Assembly: GCA_003963115.1 (NCBI GenBank)
Contig: RXJQ01000004.1
Span: 111,511 to 175,510, forward strand
DNA length: 64,000 bases
Direction: 5' to 3'
DNA from: Burkholderiales bacterium
Lineage (GTDB): Bacteria > Pseudomonadota > Gammaproteobacteria > Burkholderiales > Burkholderiaceae_C
Shown here piece after piece: positions 27,189 to 36,398 of the stretch; positions within the stretch are counted from its first letter, which is position 1, and each line of letters begins with the position of its first letter. Made by a program: the position numbers and the translations under genes. The notes under the pieces were generated by a model, which saw only the letters and a program-made list of their open reading frames with translations, was not told the origin of the DNA and did not search any database.

Positions 27189-29008
27189 CCGCACACGCCT
27201 CGTCTCCAGGCGCCCCGCATGGGGCCCACAAGCCGCATGCCAAGCGCCCCGTGACCCACAAGGGCCCGCTGGAGTGGCGCTTGCTGCTGACCTGGCTGAC
27301 CGAGGACAAGGTCATCAGCCTCAAGGATGCCGAAACGGTTGCGCAGCGCTTTGCGGCGGGCGACAGTGCCCAGCACCCGCTGGTGCGCCTGGCCGGCCTG
27401 GGTCTCAAGCGTGCCGACACCGGCGCGGCCCTGGAGCTGGAGCCTCTGACCGAATGGCTGGCTCACCACATCGGCCTGCCCTACCTGCGCATCGACCCGC
27501 TCAAGGTGGATGTGGCCCGCGTCGCCGAGGTCATGTCCATCAACTATGCCGAGCGCCGCAAGGCCCTGCCGGTGCAGTTCGGCCTGAACGAGATCACGAT
27601 TGCCACCTGCGAGCCGCTGGACGTGGCCTGGATCGACGAGATCCTGGCGCACACCAAGAAGCAGATCAAGCTGGTGGTGTCCAGCCCGCTGGACCTGCAA
27701 CGCTACCGCACCGAGTTCTACACGCTGGCCAAGTCCGTCAAGGACGCCAACAAGAAGACCGGCGACAGCGTGGCCCACAACTTCGAGCAACTGGTCGAGT
27801 TGGGTAAGACCAACCGCCAGCTTGACGCCAACGATCAGGGCATCATCCAGGTCGTGGATTGGCTGTGGCAATACGCTTTCGACCAGCGTTCATCGGACAT
27901 CCACCTGGAGCCGCGCCGCGAGATGGGCGCGATCCGTTTCCGCATCGACGGCGTGCTGCACACGGTCTACCAGGTGCCCCTGTCGGTGATGCAGGCCATG
28001 ACCGCGCGCATCAAGCTGCTGGGCCGCATGGACGTGGTCGAGCGCCGTCGCCCGCTGGACGGCCGCATCAAGACCCGCAATCCGGCTGGCGACGAAGTCG
28101 AAATGCGCCTGTCCACCATGCCCACGGCCTTCGGCGAAAAGCTGGTGATGCGCATCTTCGATCCCGACAACACGGTCAAGTCCTTCGAGGCTCTGGGCTT
28201 CGCGCCTGTCGAGACGCAGATCTGGGAACAGCTCGTGGCGCGCCCGCACGGCATCATCCTGGTCACCGGGCCGACCGGTTCGGGCAAGACCACCACGCTG
28301 TACTCCACGCTTAAGCGCGTGGCCACTGATGAGGTCAATGTCTGCACCATCGAAGACCCGATCGAAATGATCGAGGCCTCCTTCAACCAAACCCAGGTGC
28401 AGCCCGCCATCGACCTGGGCTTTGCCGAAGGCGTGCGTGCCCTGATGCGGCAGGACCCGGACATCATCATGGTCGGCGAAATCCGCGACCTGGAAACAGC
28501 CGAGATGGCCATCCAGTCTTCGCTGACGGGCCACCTCGTGTTCTCGACCCTGCACACCAACGACGCGCCTTCGGCCATCACACGCTTGACCGACCTGGGC
28601 GTGCCGTCCTACCTGATCAGCGCGACCGTGATCGGCGTGCTGGCCCAGCGCTTGGTGCGCACCCTGTGCCCAGCCTGCAAGCAGCCCGACGACCAGCTCG
28701 ACCCCATGACCTTGACCGAGGCCATCAAGCCCTGGCGCATGAACGGCAAGATCAACGCTTACAAACCCGTGGGCTGCCTGGATTGCCGCATGACGGGCTT
28801 CAAGGGCCGCGTGGGTCTGTATGAGCTGCTGCCTGTGTCCGAGGCCATTCGTGGGGCCATGCACCCTGAGATTGACATGGCGCGGCTTCGCAAGCAGGCT
28901 GCCAAGGATGGCTTGCGGCCGCTGCGCCTCTCGGGCGTGATGAAGGTGGCCGAAGGCGTGACGACGTTGGACGAGGTCCTGCGCAACACGCCTCAGTGGG
29001 AGAACTGA
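27185..29008 (+). CDS. GspE/PulE/PilB-family secretion ATPase (orphan)
   Basis: T2SSE N-terminal domain, Walker A GPTGSGKTTT, Walker B IIMVGEIRD, His box GHLVFSTLHTND, tetra-Cys CPAC...CLDC. Confidence 0.88.
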   Translation: MTAHASSPGAPHGAHKPHAKRPVTHKGPLEWRLLLTWLTEDKVISLKDAETVAQRFAAGDSAQHPLVRLAGLGLKRADTGAALELEPLTEWLAHHIGLPYLRIDPLKVDVARVAEVMSINYAERRKALPVQFGLNEITIATCEPLDVAWIDEILAHTKKQIKLVVSSPLDLQRYRTEFYTLAKSVKDANKKTGDSVAHNFEQLVELGKTNRQLDANDQGIIQVVDWLWQYAFDQRSSDIHLEPRREMGAIRFRIDGVLHTVYQVPLSVMQAMTARIKLLGRMDVVERRRPLDGRIKTRNPAGDEVEMRLSTMPTAFGEKLVMRIFDPDNTVKSFEALGFAPVETQIWEQLVARPHGIILVTGPTGSGKTTTLYSTLKRVATDEVNVCTIEDPIEMIEASFNQTQVQPAIDLGFAEGVRALMRQDPDIIMVGEIRDLETAEMAIQSSLTGHLVFSTLHTNDAPSAITRLTDLGVPSYLISATVIGVLAQRLVRTLCPACKQPDDQLDPMTLTEAIKPWRMNGKINAYKPVGCLDCRMTGFKGRVGLYELLPVSEAIRGAMHPEIDMARLRKQAAKDGLRPLRLSGVMKVAEGVTTLDEVLRNTPQWEN

Positions 29009-31362
29009 CTGTCCAGTCCGCCGGGGTGTGTGGCGCTATGCTGCGGGCCGTGTGCACCGGCCGCACCGATGGTGCCACCAGGCCCGCTGGAGCCCGAGAA
29101 GTAGTCGATCACGACCTCGCAGCGGATGCCCTTGGGCGCCACTTCCAGCCAGCGCACGCTGCCACCGAGCTGCTTGACGCGCTTGCGCACGCCGCCCAGG
29201 CCCAGGCCATGTGACCAGGTGGCCGGCTCGCGGCCCATGCCGTTGTCTTCCACCGACAAGGTCAGGCGGTCGTTTTCCAGGCGCAGCGTGACCTGCACCC
29301 GTTTGGCCTTGGCATGGCTGATGGCGTTGCTGACCAGCTCGCGCATGATGCGGGTCAGGGCCGACCACTGCACCATGGTCAAGGTGATGTCGGTGTCCTG
29401 GAACATGTGCCAGTCCAGCTCGCAGCGGGCCGTGGCCAGGCGCTGGCTGAGGTCCCGCTTCCATTCGCCTGCGGCTTCGCTCAGCAGATGCGACTGCGCA
29501 GCCAGGCCACGCGTGAGTGTCTTGAGATCCTGGATCGTGTGACGGATGTATTCCTCGATCTCGGCATTGGGGGCCTGGTACATCAGCGTCAGCAGGCGCG
29601 CGCCGATGTCATCGTGCAGATCCTGGGCGATGCGCAGGCGTTCCTCGCTGCGGCCTTGCTCTACCGCCTGATCGAAGCTCAGGGCGCGGTAGAGCTGCTC
29701 GATCACGCGCTCGGCCAGCCGGGCGTCTTCAGCGGTGAACAGGCGCTGGCCCTTGTGCGAATGCTTGAGCACCAGCACATGCCTGGCCGCCACCGGCCGC
29801 GCGCCCCAACTCGGAATCGGCACCAGCAACACAGAGCCATTGCCGCGCAGCGAGGTGTGGCCTACCTCGCCAGGCACAAGCGAAACCTCCAGCGGGTCGA
29901 ACAGTTCGCGCATCAGGCGCATCAGCGAGGCGTCCAGCGTATCGGGCGTGCGCTCGACCTCACGGGCAATGCGGTAGAGCCGCTGGAAGAGCCGCTCCAT
30001 GGTGAGCGAGTCGCGCCCCGGCAGCCGCGTCATCACCCAGCGCCGGATGATGAGGTAGAGCCCGAACGAGAAGAACAGCGACAGCGTCATCGAGGTGAAC
30101 TGCCCCAGCGAGAACACCGCCACAAACAACAGGTCCAGCGAAGCCGCGATGGTGCTGGAGGCGGCCAGCAAGGAGAACTCCTGCAAGATGGGCCGCGAGC
30201 GGGACAGGTAGGGCGACATCAGCACGGCCATGGCTGCGAACACCTGCCAGGTCATCACGCCGAAGTTGGTGATGTTGAGCTGCATGTCCGCGCGCACCGT
30301 GCCTCGCCAGACGGCCAGGCTCAGGAGCAGCCAGGTCAGCGTCGCCACGATCACCAGGCGGCGCATCATCAGCGTGAACGGGTGGGGCGTGGTGTGGAAC
30401 GACGCGGTCATCAGGCTGATGGCAGCCAGCGACAGGCCCAGGCAGCCGGCTTGCACAGCCCACCAGTTCAAGGCGGTATCCAGCTGGCTCATGCCCAGCC
30501 ACAGCCCCACGGCAGACAACCAACCCAGGGCAACATACCAGCCCCAGCCCTTCAGGCGGTGCGGGTGCAGCACCGCGATCTGGACCAGTGCAGCCGTGGT
30601 GATCAGGTCGAAGGCCAGGCGCAACTGTGTGTCCAGCGTCACCAGCCAGACGGGTGCGAACAGGTCGAGGTTGTTCTCGATGGCGACGAACAGCAACTGC
30701 CCACTTTGGCTCAGGGCGAGCAAGGCGAAGGCCGCGTTGCGCCACTGAGGTCCCGCCAGCAGCACCACCGCGCCCACGCCGAACACGCCCAGGGCCAGCA
30801 GGCCCAGGAGCCAGAACAGCGGGCTCAGGCCCGACCAGCCAATGGGCGAGACCTGCACCGGCTCATCCGGGGCGTGTGACAGGTCCAGATTGACGCTCAT
30901 GTTCTGCGCGGAGGTGGCATTGCGCAGGGCCGTCATCTGCTGGTGCAGCAGCAGATGGCGCTGGCGCAACTCGGGGTCGATGATCCAGCGGCCTGAACGC
31001 TGCAGTGACACCATCTCGATGGGCGCATAAAGCGTTTGAACGCCGCCGTCGACGGGTTTGTCGACGCGCAAGCCGTCCAGCACGCGGCCTTCCAGGTGCT
31101 GCAAGGGCGCGTAGTCGGTGCCCTGGATCTTGATGAGCCCCTCGGGCGTTGCGCGCAGGCTGAAAGGCAGGCGTGGCTGGGTCGACAACCAGTGCGCCAG
31201 CAGGAACAGCAGGGCACAACCCACCAGGACCGTGACCACCAGCGCGCGCAGGCGCCAGCCTATCCAGCGCGGCAGCTCATGCGAGCCTTGGAGGACATCG
31301 TCCAGGCTGGGCCAACCGGTGCGTCGGTCGGGGAGGGTGGGGGGCGTTCCTGGCGTCGCCAT
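28993..31362 (-). CDS. Membrane sensor histidine kinase, HisKA_3 (NarX/DesK-type)
   Basis: One TM, a periplasmic region of about 140 aa, then about 9 further TM segments. H-box RIAQDLHDDIGARL and a C-terminal HATPase_c (NAISHA...GLGLGGVRKR). Confidence 0.85.
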   Translation of the reverse strand: MATPGTPPTLPDRRTGWPSLDDVLQGSHELPRWIGWRLRALVVTVLVGCALLFLLAHWLSTQPRLPFSLRATPEGLIKIQGTDYAPLQHLEGRVLDGLRVDKPVDGGVQTLYAPIEMVSLQRSGRWIIDPELRQRHLLLHQQMTALRNATSAQNMSVNLDLSHAPDEPVQVSPIGWSGLSPLFWLLGLLALGVFGVGAVVLLAGPQWRNAAFALLALSQSGQLLFVAIENNLDLFAPVWLVTLDTQLRLAFDLITTAALVQIAVLHPHRLKGWGWYVALGWLSAVGLWLGMSQLDTALNWWAVQAGCLGLSLAAISLMTASFHTTPHPFTLMMRRLVIVATLTWLLLSLAVWRGTVRADMQLNITNFGVMTWQVFAAMAVLMSPYLSRSRPILQEFSLLAASSTIAASLDLLFVAVFSLGQFTSMTLSLFFSFGLYLIIRRWVMTRLPGRDSLTMERLFQRLYRIAREVERTPDTLDASLMRLMRELFDPLEVSLVPGEVGHTSLRGNGSVLLVPIPSWGARPVAARHVLVLKHSHKGQRLFTAEDARLAERVIEQLYRALSFDQAVEQGRSEERLRIAQDLHDDIGARLLTLMYQAPNAEIEEYIRHTIQDLKTLTRGLAAQSHLLSEAAGEWKRDLSQRLATARCELDWHMFQDTDITLTMVQWSALTRIMRELVSNAISHAKAKRVQVTLRLENDRLTLSVEDNGMGREPATWSHGLGLGGVRKRVKQLGGSVRWLEVAPKGIRCEVVIDYFSGSSGPGGTIGAAGAHGPQHSATHPGGLDSQFSH

Positions 31363-31401
31363 GGTCGGCTGCTGGCGTTCGTCAGCCCCCGATGGGCCAC
31401 G

Positions 31402-32142
31402 TCAGACCAGCCCCTGCTTGCTGGCCAGCACGGCCGCTTCGGCGCGGCTGGACACATTGAGCTTCTTGTAGATGGACTTGATGTGGTCGTTGACCGTGAA
31501 CCACTTGATGCCCATCAGGGAGGCGATCTCCTTGATCGTGAAGCCTTTGCTCAGGTAGGTGAGCACCTCGCTCTCACGAGGTGTCAGGCGTTCGTGGTCC
31601 AGCACGGCGGGCGCCACGGCAGCTGCTGCAACAGGTGCCACGGCCATTTGTTGCGGTGCCTGGCCCGCTTGCATCAGGCCGCTGCCGCCATCTCCAGAGC
31701 GGAAATGGGTCAGCAAACGACGCGCGATGGCCGGCGAGAGCGGCGGCTGGCCGCGCACGATCTTCTGCAACTCTTCCACCAGCACCTCGAAGCGGTCTTC
31801 CTTGAGCAGGTAACCATCGGCGCCACATTGCAGCGCGGGGAACAGGTGCTCGTCGTCGGAGTACAGCGTGGTGACGATGCGCGTGGCCGGGTAGCTGGCC
31901 AGCTCGGTGAGCAGCTCCAGCCCACTGCCGTCGGGCAGCTCCAGATCGACCAGGATCAGCTGATAGGGGTCGTCGGACGGCGCGGCACGGCCTCCGGCGG
32001 CATGGCCCAGCAGGCGGCGTGCGGCATCCAGATCACCGGCTTCGGTGATGCTGCTGACGTCGCTGAAGCTTTCCCGCACCACGCGGCACAGAAAGCCCCG
32101 GGCAACCGGGTTGTCTTCAAGAATCAATACCTTGACGGCCAT
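31402..32142 (-). CDS. Response regulator, REC + LuxR/NarL-type HTH
   Basis: VLILEDNP...LILVDLELPDGSG receiver domain. C-terminal LTPRESEVLTYLSKGFTIKEIA HTH. Long Ala/Pro/Gln-rich linker. Confidence 0.9.
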   Translation of the reverse strand: MAVKVLILEDNPVARGFLCRVVRESFSDVSSITEAGDLDAARRLLGHAAGGRAAPSDDPYQLILVDLELPDGSGLELLTELASYPATRIVTTLYSDDEHLFPALQCGADGYLLKEDRFEVLVEELQKIVRGQPPLSPAIARRLLTHFRSGDGGSGLMQAGQAPQQMAVAPVAAAAVAPAVLDHERLTPRESEVLTYLSKGFTIKEIASLMGIKWFTVNDHIKSIYKKLNVSSRAEAAVLASKQGLV

Positions 32143-32303
32143 GGCACTCCTCCCGACGCCGCCGTTTGGCCTGCCAGGGTTGTGGGTACGTCCTTTCGGA
32201 CGGATACGGGAGATTATCAGCTCCTGAACGTGTCACGTCACGCACGGGCCCCCCGGTTAAACGGTTTGACGTTCGCAGGCGTTGCGCTTCTACAATCTCG
32301 CCT

Positions 32304-33065
32304 ATGCGAATTTTGATTGCCAACGACGACGGCTATCTGGCGCCAGGCATCACCGCGCTGGTCAAGGCCTGCGAAGGGCTGGGCCACGTGGACGTCTTTG
32401 CCCCGGAGCGCAATGCCAGCGGGACATCCAACGCCCTGAGCTTGCACCAGCCCCTGAGCCTGCACACCGCCAGCAACGGTTACCGCTACGTCAGTGGCAC
32501 CCCGTCCGATTGCGTGCACCTGGCCTTGACCTCGGGTCTGATCCCCAAACCGGACCTCGTACTGTCGGGTATCAACAACGGTGCCAACATGGGCGACGAC
32601 ACCCTGTACTCAGGCACCGTGGCCGCCGCCACCGAAGGTTATCTGTTCGGCGTGCCCTCCATCGCCTTTTCGCTCACCGACAAGGGCTGGCAGCACCTCG
32701 ACGTGGCCGCGCGTGTGGCCCGTAAGGTGGTCGAGCACGTGCTGGCCAATGCGCCGGCCAATGAATCGTCAACACGCCCCTGGCTGCTCAACGTCAACAT
32801 CCCCGCCCAGGCCGATGCCGATCAGGCTCCCTGGGTCATCACCCGCCTGGGGCGCCGCCATGCCAGCTTCCCGGCCGTGGCGCAGACCAACCCGCGCGGC
32901 GACCTGTTCTACTGGATCGGTTCGGCCGGCGAGGCCAAGGAAGACGGCGAGGGCACCGATTTCCATGCCGTGCGCCATGGCCGTATCTCCATCACGCCCC
33001 TTCAGGTGGACATGACCGATCACCAGCGCCTGCCGGCTTGGCGGGGCTGGGTGGGGCAGAAATGA
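32304..33065 (+). CDS. surE: 5'/3'-nucleotidase SurE
   Basis: MRILIANDDGY, SGINNGANMGDDTLYSGTVAAA. Confidence 0.93.
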   Translation: MRILIANDDGYLAPGITALVKACEGLGHVDVFAPERNASGTSNALSLHQPLSLHTASNGYRYVSGTPSDCVHLALTSGLIPKPDLVLSGINNGANMGDDTLYSGTVAAATEGYLFGVPSIAFSLTDKGWQHLDVAARVARKVVEHVLANAPANESSTRPWLLNVNIPAQADADQAPWVITRLGRRHASFPAVAQTNPRGDLFYWIGSAGEAKEDGEGTDFHAVRHGRISITPLQVDMTDHQRLPAWRGWVGQK

Positions 33066-33943
33066 GCAGCAGCCAGCCTGATCGCAAGGCGCGCCGTTTT
33101 CCGCTGCAGCTGGATCAAGTGGCCACGCTCAAGTCGTCGGGCCCCAAGGCGGCGTCAGCAGCCCAGGCCGGTGCGCGCGAACTCCTGCGTCCGCAAGCCC
33201 ACCTCCAACAGATCGAGCAAGACCGCAAGCGCCACAGCACGCCGCAGGGTGTGGGACTGGACTCCGTGCAGGTTCGTCGCCGCATGGTCGAGCGCCTCAT
33301 GATGGATGGCATCAGCCACACGCAGGTGCTGGACGCCTTTGCCCGTGTGCCGCGCCACCTCTTCGTGGACAGCGCCCTGGTCAACCAGGCCTATGAAGAC
33401 ACCAGCCTGCCCATCGGGCTGGGCCAGACCATCTCCAAGCCGTCCGTGGTGGCCGCGATGATCCAGTCGCTGTGTGTGCGTCCCGGTGCGGCGCAGGCGG
33501 GGGCGGCCCACGGCAAGCCGCTGGGCCATTGTCTGGAGATCGGCACGGGCTGTGGCTACCAGGCGGCGCTGCTGGGCCACCTGTCGCGCCGGGTGGTGTC
33601 CATCGAACGCCTGCGTGATCTGCACGTCAAGGCGCGCGCCAATCTCGACAGCATGCGCCAGCACCTGCCCGGCTGGCCCGACGTGCGCCTGGTGTATGGT
33701 GATGGCATGATCGGCCACGCACCCCTGGCTCCCTACGACACCATCATCGCCGCAGCGGGTGGTTCGGCCCTGCCCCAAGCCTGGATCGACCAGCTTGCAC
33801 CGGGTGGCCGGCTGGTGGCACCCCTTGAAGAATCGCGCGGCACGCAGGTCTTGACCATCCTGGACCGCCTGCCCGATGGCAGCCTTCAGCACAGCCGTGC
33901 CGGAGCGGTCCTCTTCGTCCCTCTAAAATCAGGCACCACATGA
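33062..33943 (+). CDS. pcm: Protein-L-isoaspartate O-methyltransferase
   Basis: RHLFVD..AYEDTSLPIG.GQTISKP, SAM motif LEIGTGCGYQAA. ATGA overlap with surE. Long N-terminal extension. Confidence 0.9.
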   Translation: MSSSQPDRKARRFPLQLDQVATLKSSGPKAASAAQAGARELLRPQAHLQQIEQDRKRHSTPQGVGLDSVQVRRRMVERLMMDGISHTQVLDAFARVPRHLFVDSALVNQAYEDTSLPIGLGQTISKPSVVAAMIQSLCVRPGAAQAGAAHGKPLGHCLEIGTGCGYQAALLGHLSRRVVSIERLRDLHVKARANLDSMRQHLPGWPDVRLVYGDGMIGHAPLAPYDTIIAAAGGSALPQAWIDQLAPGGRLVAPLEESRGTQVLTILDRLPDGSLQHSRAGAVLFVPLKSGTT

Positions 33944-33996
33944 CTTTGATGGGCAGGATGCGGCCAGACCGCAGACCGGCCCGATCGAGCGTCCTC

Positions 33997-34950
33997 ATGC
34001 ACATGACATCCACACTCAGGTTGGCTGCTTCGGCAGCGCTGTTGCTCGTTCTGGTTGGTTGCGCGTCGCCGGGCCACCGTGCGCCGGTTGAAGACCGCTC
34101 CCACGCCGGTTTGCCAGGCTCTTCAGCCGGTGCGGGCGCACCTGCCGCGCCTCGCGTGCTGCCCGGCGCAGAAAACGCCGGCAAGCCCGGCTATTACACC
34201 GTCAAACCCGGTGACACCCTCATCCGCATCTCGCTGGACGCCGGCCAGAACTGGCGCGACCTGGCGAGCTGGAACAATCTCGAGAACCCCAATCTGATTG
34301 AGGTGGGCCAGGTGCTGCGTGTGGTGCCGCCTGGCGTGGACGCCAGTGCCGCAGCCTCTTCGGGTCTGGCTTCGGCCAAACCCGTGAGCAGCCCCAAGAT
34401 CGAGAGCCGTTCGCTGGACAGCAAGGCAGGCCCGGCCAAGAGCGCGGCGTCGTCGGCATCTGGAGCGGCTTCTGGCTCGGCCAGCGGTGCGGCGGCAGGC
34501 GCGGCCAGTGGGGCCGCCAGCGCGGCCTCATCGGCTGGCGGTGCGGCCAGTGTGGCCGAGACCAAGGACACCAAGGATTCGGACGAGCCCGCCTGGGCGT
34601 GGCCGGCCAATGGTCCCACCATCGGCAGCTTCGAGGAAGGCAAGCGCAAGGGTCTGTCCATTGGTGGCAAGGCCGGCGACCCTGTTCTGGCTGCGGCGGA
34701 CGGCCGCGTTGTGTACGCCGGCTCCGGCCTGCGTGGTTACGGCAACCTCGTCATCATCAAACACAATGGCGAGTACCTGACCGCCTACGCGCACAACCAG
34801 ACGCTGCTGGTCAAGGAAGACCAGGCTGTGCGCAAGGGCCAGAAGATCGCCGAGATGGGCTCCACCGACACGGACCGCGTCGAGCTGCACTTTGAGATCC
34901 GCAAGCAGGGCAAGCCGATCGATCCGGCCAAGCAACTGCCGGCCCGCTGA
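33997..34950 (+). CDS. nlpD: NlpD-like LysM + LytM(M23) lipoprotein
   Basis: Lipobox LVGC, LysM (YTVKPGDTLIRIS), Ala/Ser/Gly linker, M23 region (GYGNLVIIKHNGEYLTAYAHN...LHFEIR). The HxH position reads HFE, so it is probably degenerate, as in E. coli NlpD. Confidence 0.88.
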   Translation: MHMTSTLRLAASAALLLVLVGCASPGHRAPVEDRSHAGLPGSSAGAGAPAAPRVLPGAENAGKPGYYTVKPGDTLIRISLDAGQNWRDLASWNNLENPNLIEVGQVLRVVPPGVDASAAASSGLASAKPVSSPKIESRSLDSKAGPAKSAASSASGAASGSASGAAAGAASGAASAASSAGGAASVAETKDTKDSDEPAWAWPANGPTIGSFEEGKRKGLSIGGKAGDPVLAAADGRVVYAGSGLRGYGNLVIIKHNGEYLTAYAHNQTLLVKEDQAVRKGQKIAEMGSTDTDRVELHFEIRKQGKPIDPAKQLPAR

Positions 34951-35021
34951 TCCTTGCTGATGCCCGCTGACGGGTGTGGCGCCGGGCTGGCCCCGGGTGA
35001 GGCATGAGAGACAATCGGGGG

Positions 35022-36398
35022 ATGAGTGATGCATCCCCCGTTCCCGTTTCTGACGTGCCGCCCCACCAGGAGTGGCTGAAAGTCGAATCCCTGGATATCG
35101 AAGCCCAAGGCGTGGCCCACCGCGCCGATGGCAAGGTCGTGTTCATCGAAGACGCGCTGCCTGGCGAAGAGGTGCGTGTCAGTGTGTCTCGCAAGAAGAA
35201 CAACTGGGAGCAGGGCACCTTGACCGAGATGCGCCGCGAAAGCGCACAGCGCGTCACGCCCCGCTGTACCTACTTCGGTCTGTGCGGAGGCTGCAAAATG
35301 CAGCACTTCCACCCCAGTGCCCAGGTCGCCGTCAAGCAGCGTGTGCTGGAAGACAACCTCTGGCATCTGGGCAAGGTCAAGCCCGAGATGCTGCTGCGCC
35401 CCATCGAAGGCCCGTCCTGGGGCTACCGCTACCGCGCCCGTTTGTCGGTGCGCTACGTGGCCAAGAAGAACACGGTGCTGGTGGGCTTCCACGAGCGCAA
35501 GTCGCGCTATGTGGCCGATATGCAGACTTGCGAGATCCTGCCCCCTCATGTGAGCCGTCTGCTGATGCCCTTGCGCGAGCTGATCGGCGCCATGGACCAG
35601 CGCGACCGCCTGCCGCAAATTGAACTGGCCGTGGGCAGCCAGGTGACGGTGCTGGTTCTGCGCCACCTCGAGCCCCTGAGCCCTGCCGACATCCAGCGCC
35701 TGAAGGCTTTTTCAAGCGAGCACACCATCTCGTGGTGGTTGCAACCCAAGGGGCCCGACACGGTTCACCCGCTGGACGAATCCCTTCCTGGGCTGGACTA
35801 CACGCTGCCCGAATTCGGCATCAACATGCCCTTCAAGCCGACTGACTTCACACAGGTCAACCATGCCATCAACCAGGTGCTGGTGGACCGGGCCTTGCGC
35901 CTCTTGGGTGTGACGCCTGAAGAACGCGTGATCGACTGGTTCTGCGGTCTGGGCAACTTCACCTTGCCGCTGGCCACGCAGGCTCGCGAGGTGCTGGGCA
36001 TCGAAGGCAGCGAGGCCCTGGTGGCCCGCTCGCGCGAGAACGCCAAGTTCAACAAGCTGGAAGCCAAGACCAGCTTCGTGGCGCGCAACCTCTTCGAGAT
36101 CACGCCGCAGGAGCTAGCCAGCTATGGTCATGCCGACAAGTGGCTGGTGGACCCTCCGCGTGAAGGGGCCTTCGCACTGGCCAAGGCCATGGCCGACCTG
36201 CATCAGGAACCGAGTCTGGCCCCGGGTTGGGCGCCTCCCAAGCGCATCGTGTACGTGAGCTGCAACCCGGCCACGCTGGCACGCGATGCCGGTCTGCTGG
36301 TGCACCAGGCCGGCTACCGTTGCGTGTCAGGCGGGGCGGTGAACATGTTTCCCCATACCGCCCACGTCGAAAGCATGGCGGTTTTCGAGCGCGACTGA
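35022..36398 (+). CDS. rlmD: 23S rRNA (uracil1939-C5)-methyltransferase RlmD
   Basis: TRAM N terminus, Fe-S Cys cluster [14 protein letters not shown]...C, DPPREGA and [12 protein letters not shown] motifs. Confidence 0.9.
   Translation: MSDASPVPVSDVPPHQEWLKVESLDIEAQGVAHRADGKVVFIEDALPGEEVRVSVSRKKNNWEQGTLTEMRRESAQRVTPRCTYFGLCGGCKMQHFHPSAQVAVKQRVLEDNLWHLGKVKPEMLLRPIEGPSWGYRYRARLSVRYVAKKNTVLVGFHERKSRYVADMQTCEILPPHVSRLLMPLRELIGAMDQRDRLPQIELAVGSQVTVLVLRHLEPLSPADIQRLKAFSSEHTISWWLQPKGPDTVHPLDESLPGLDYTLPEFGINMPFKPTDFTQVNHAINQVLVDRALRLLGVTPEERVIDWFCGLGNFTLPLATQAREVLGIEGSEALVARSRENAKFNKLEAKTSFVARNLFEITPQELASYGHADKWLVDPPREGAFALAKAMADLHQEPSLAPGWAPPKRIVYVSCNPATLARDAGLLVHQAGYRCVSGGAVNMFPHTAHVESMAVFERD

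Noticed and set aside
27185-27500. A c-di-GMP-binding MshEN motif in the N terminus of the GspE-like ATPase.
   Set aside because: Aligned by eye to the RLGxx(L)(V/I)xxG(I/F)(L/V)xxxxLxxxLxxQ pattern, the segment WRLLLTWLTEDKVISLKDAETVAQRF misses the Gly and several hydrophobic and Gln positions. I cannot support the claim without a profile search or a binding assay.
28993-32142. The histidine kinase and response regulator pair as a defence-type (Detocs-like) two-component system.
   Set aside because: The regulator has an ordinary LuxR DNA-binding output. There is no buffer receiver protein and no nucleosidase or effector domain. The pair looks like a conventional transcriptional two-component system.
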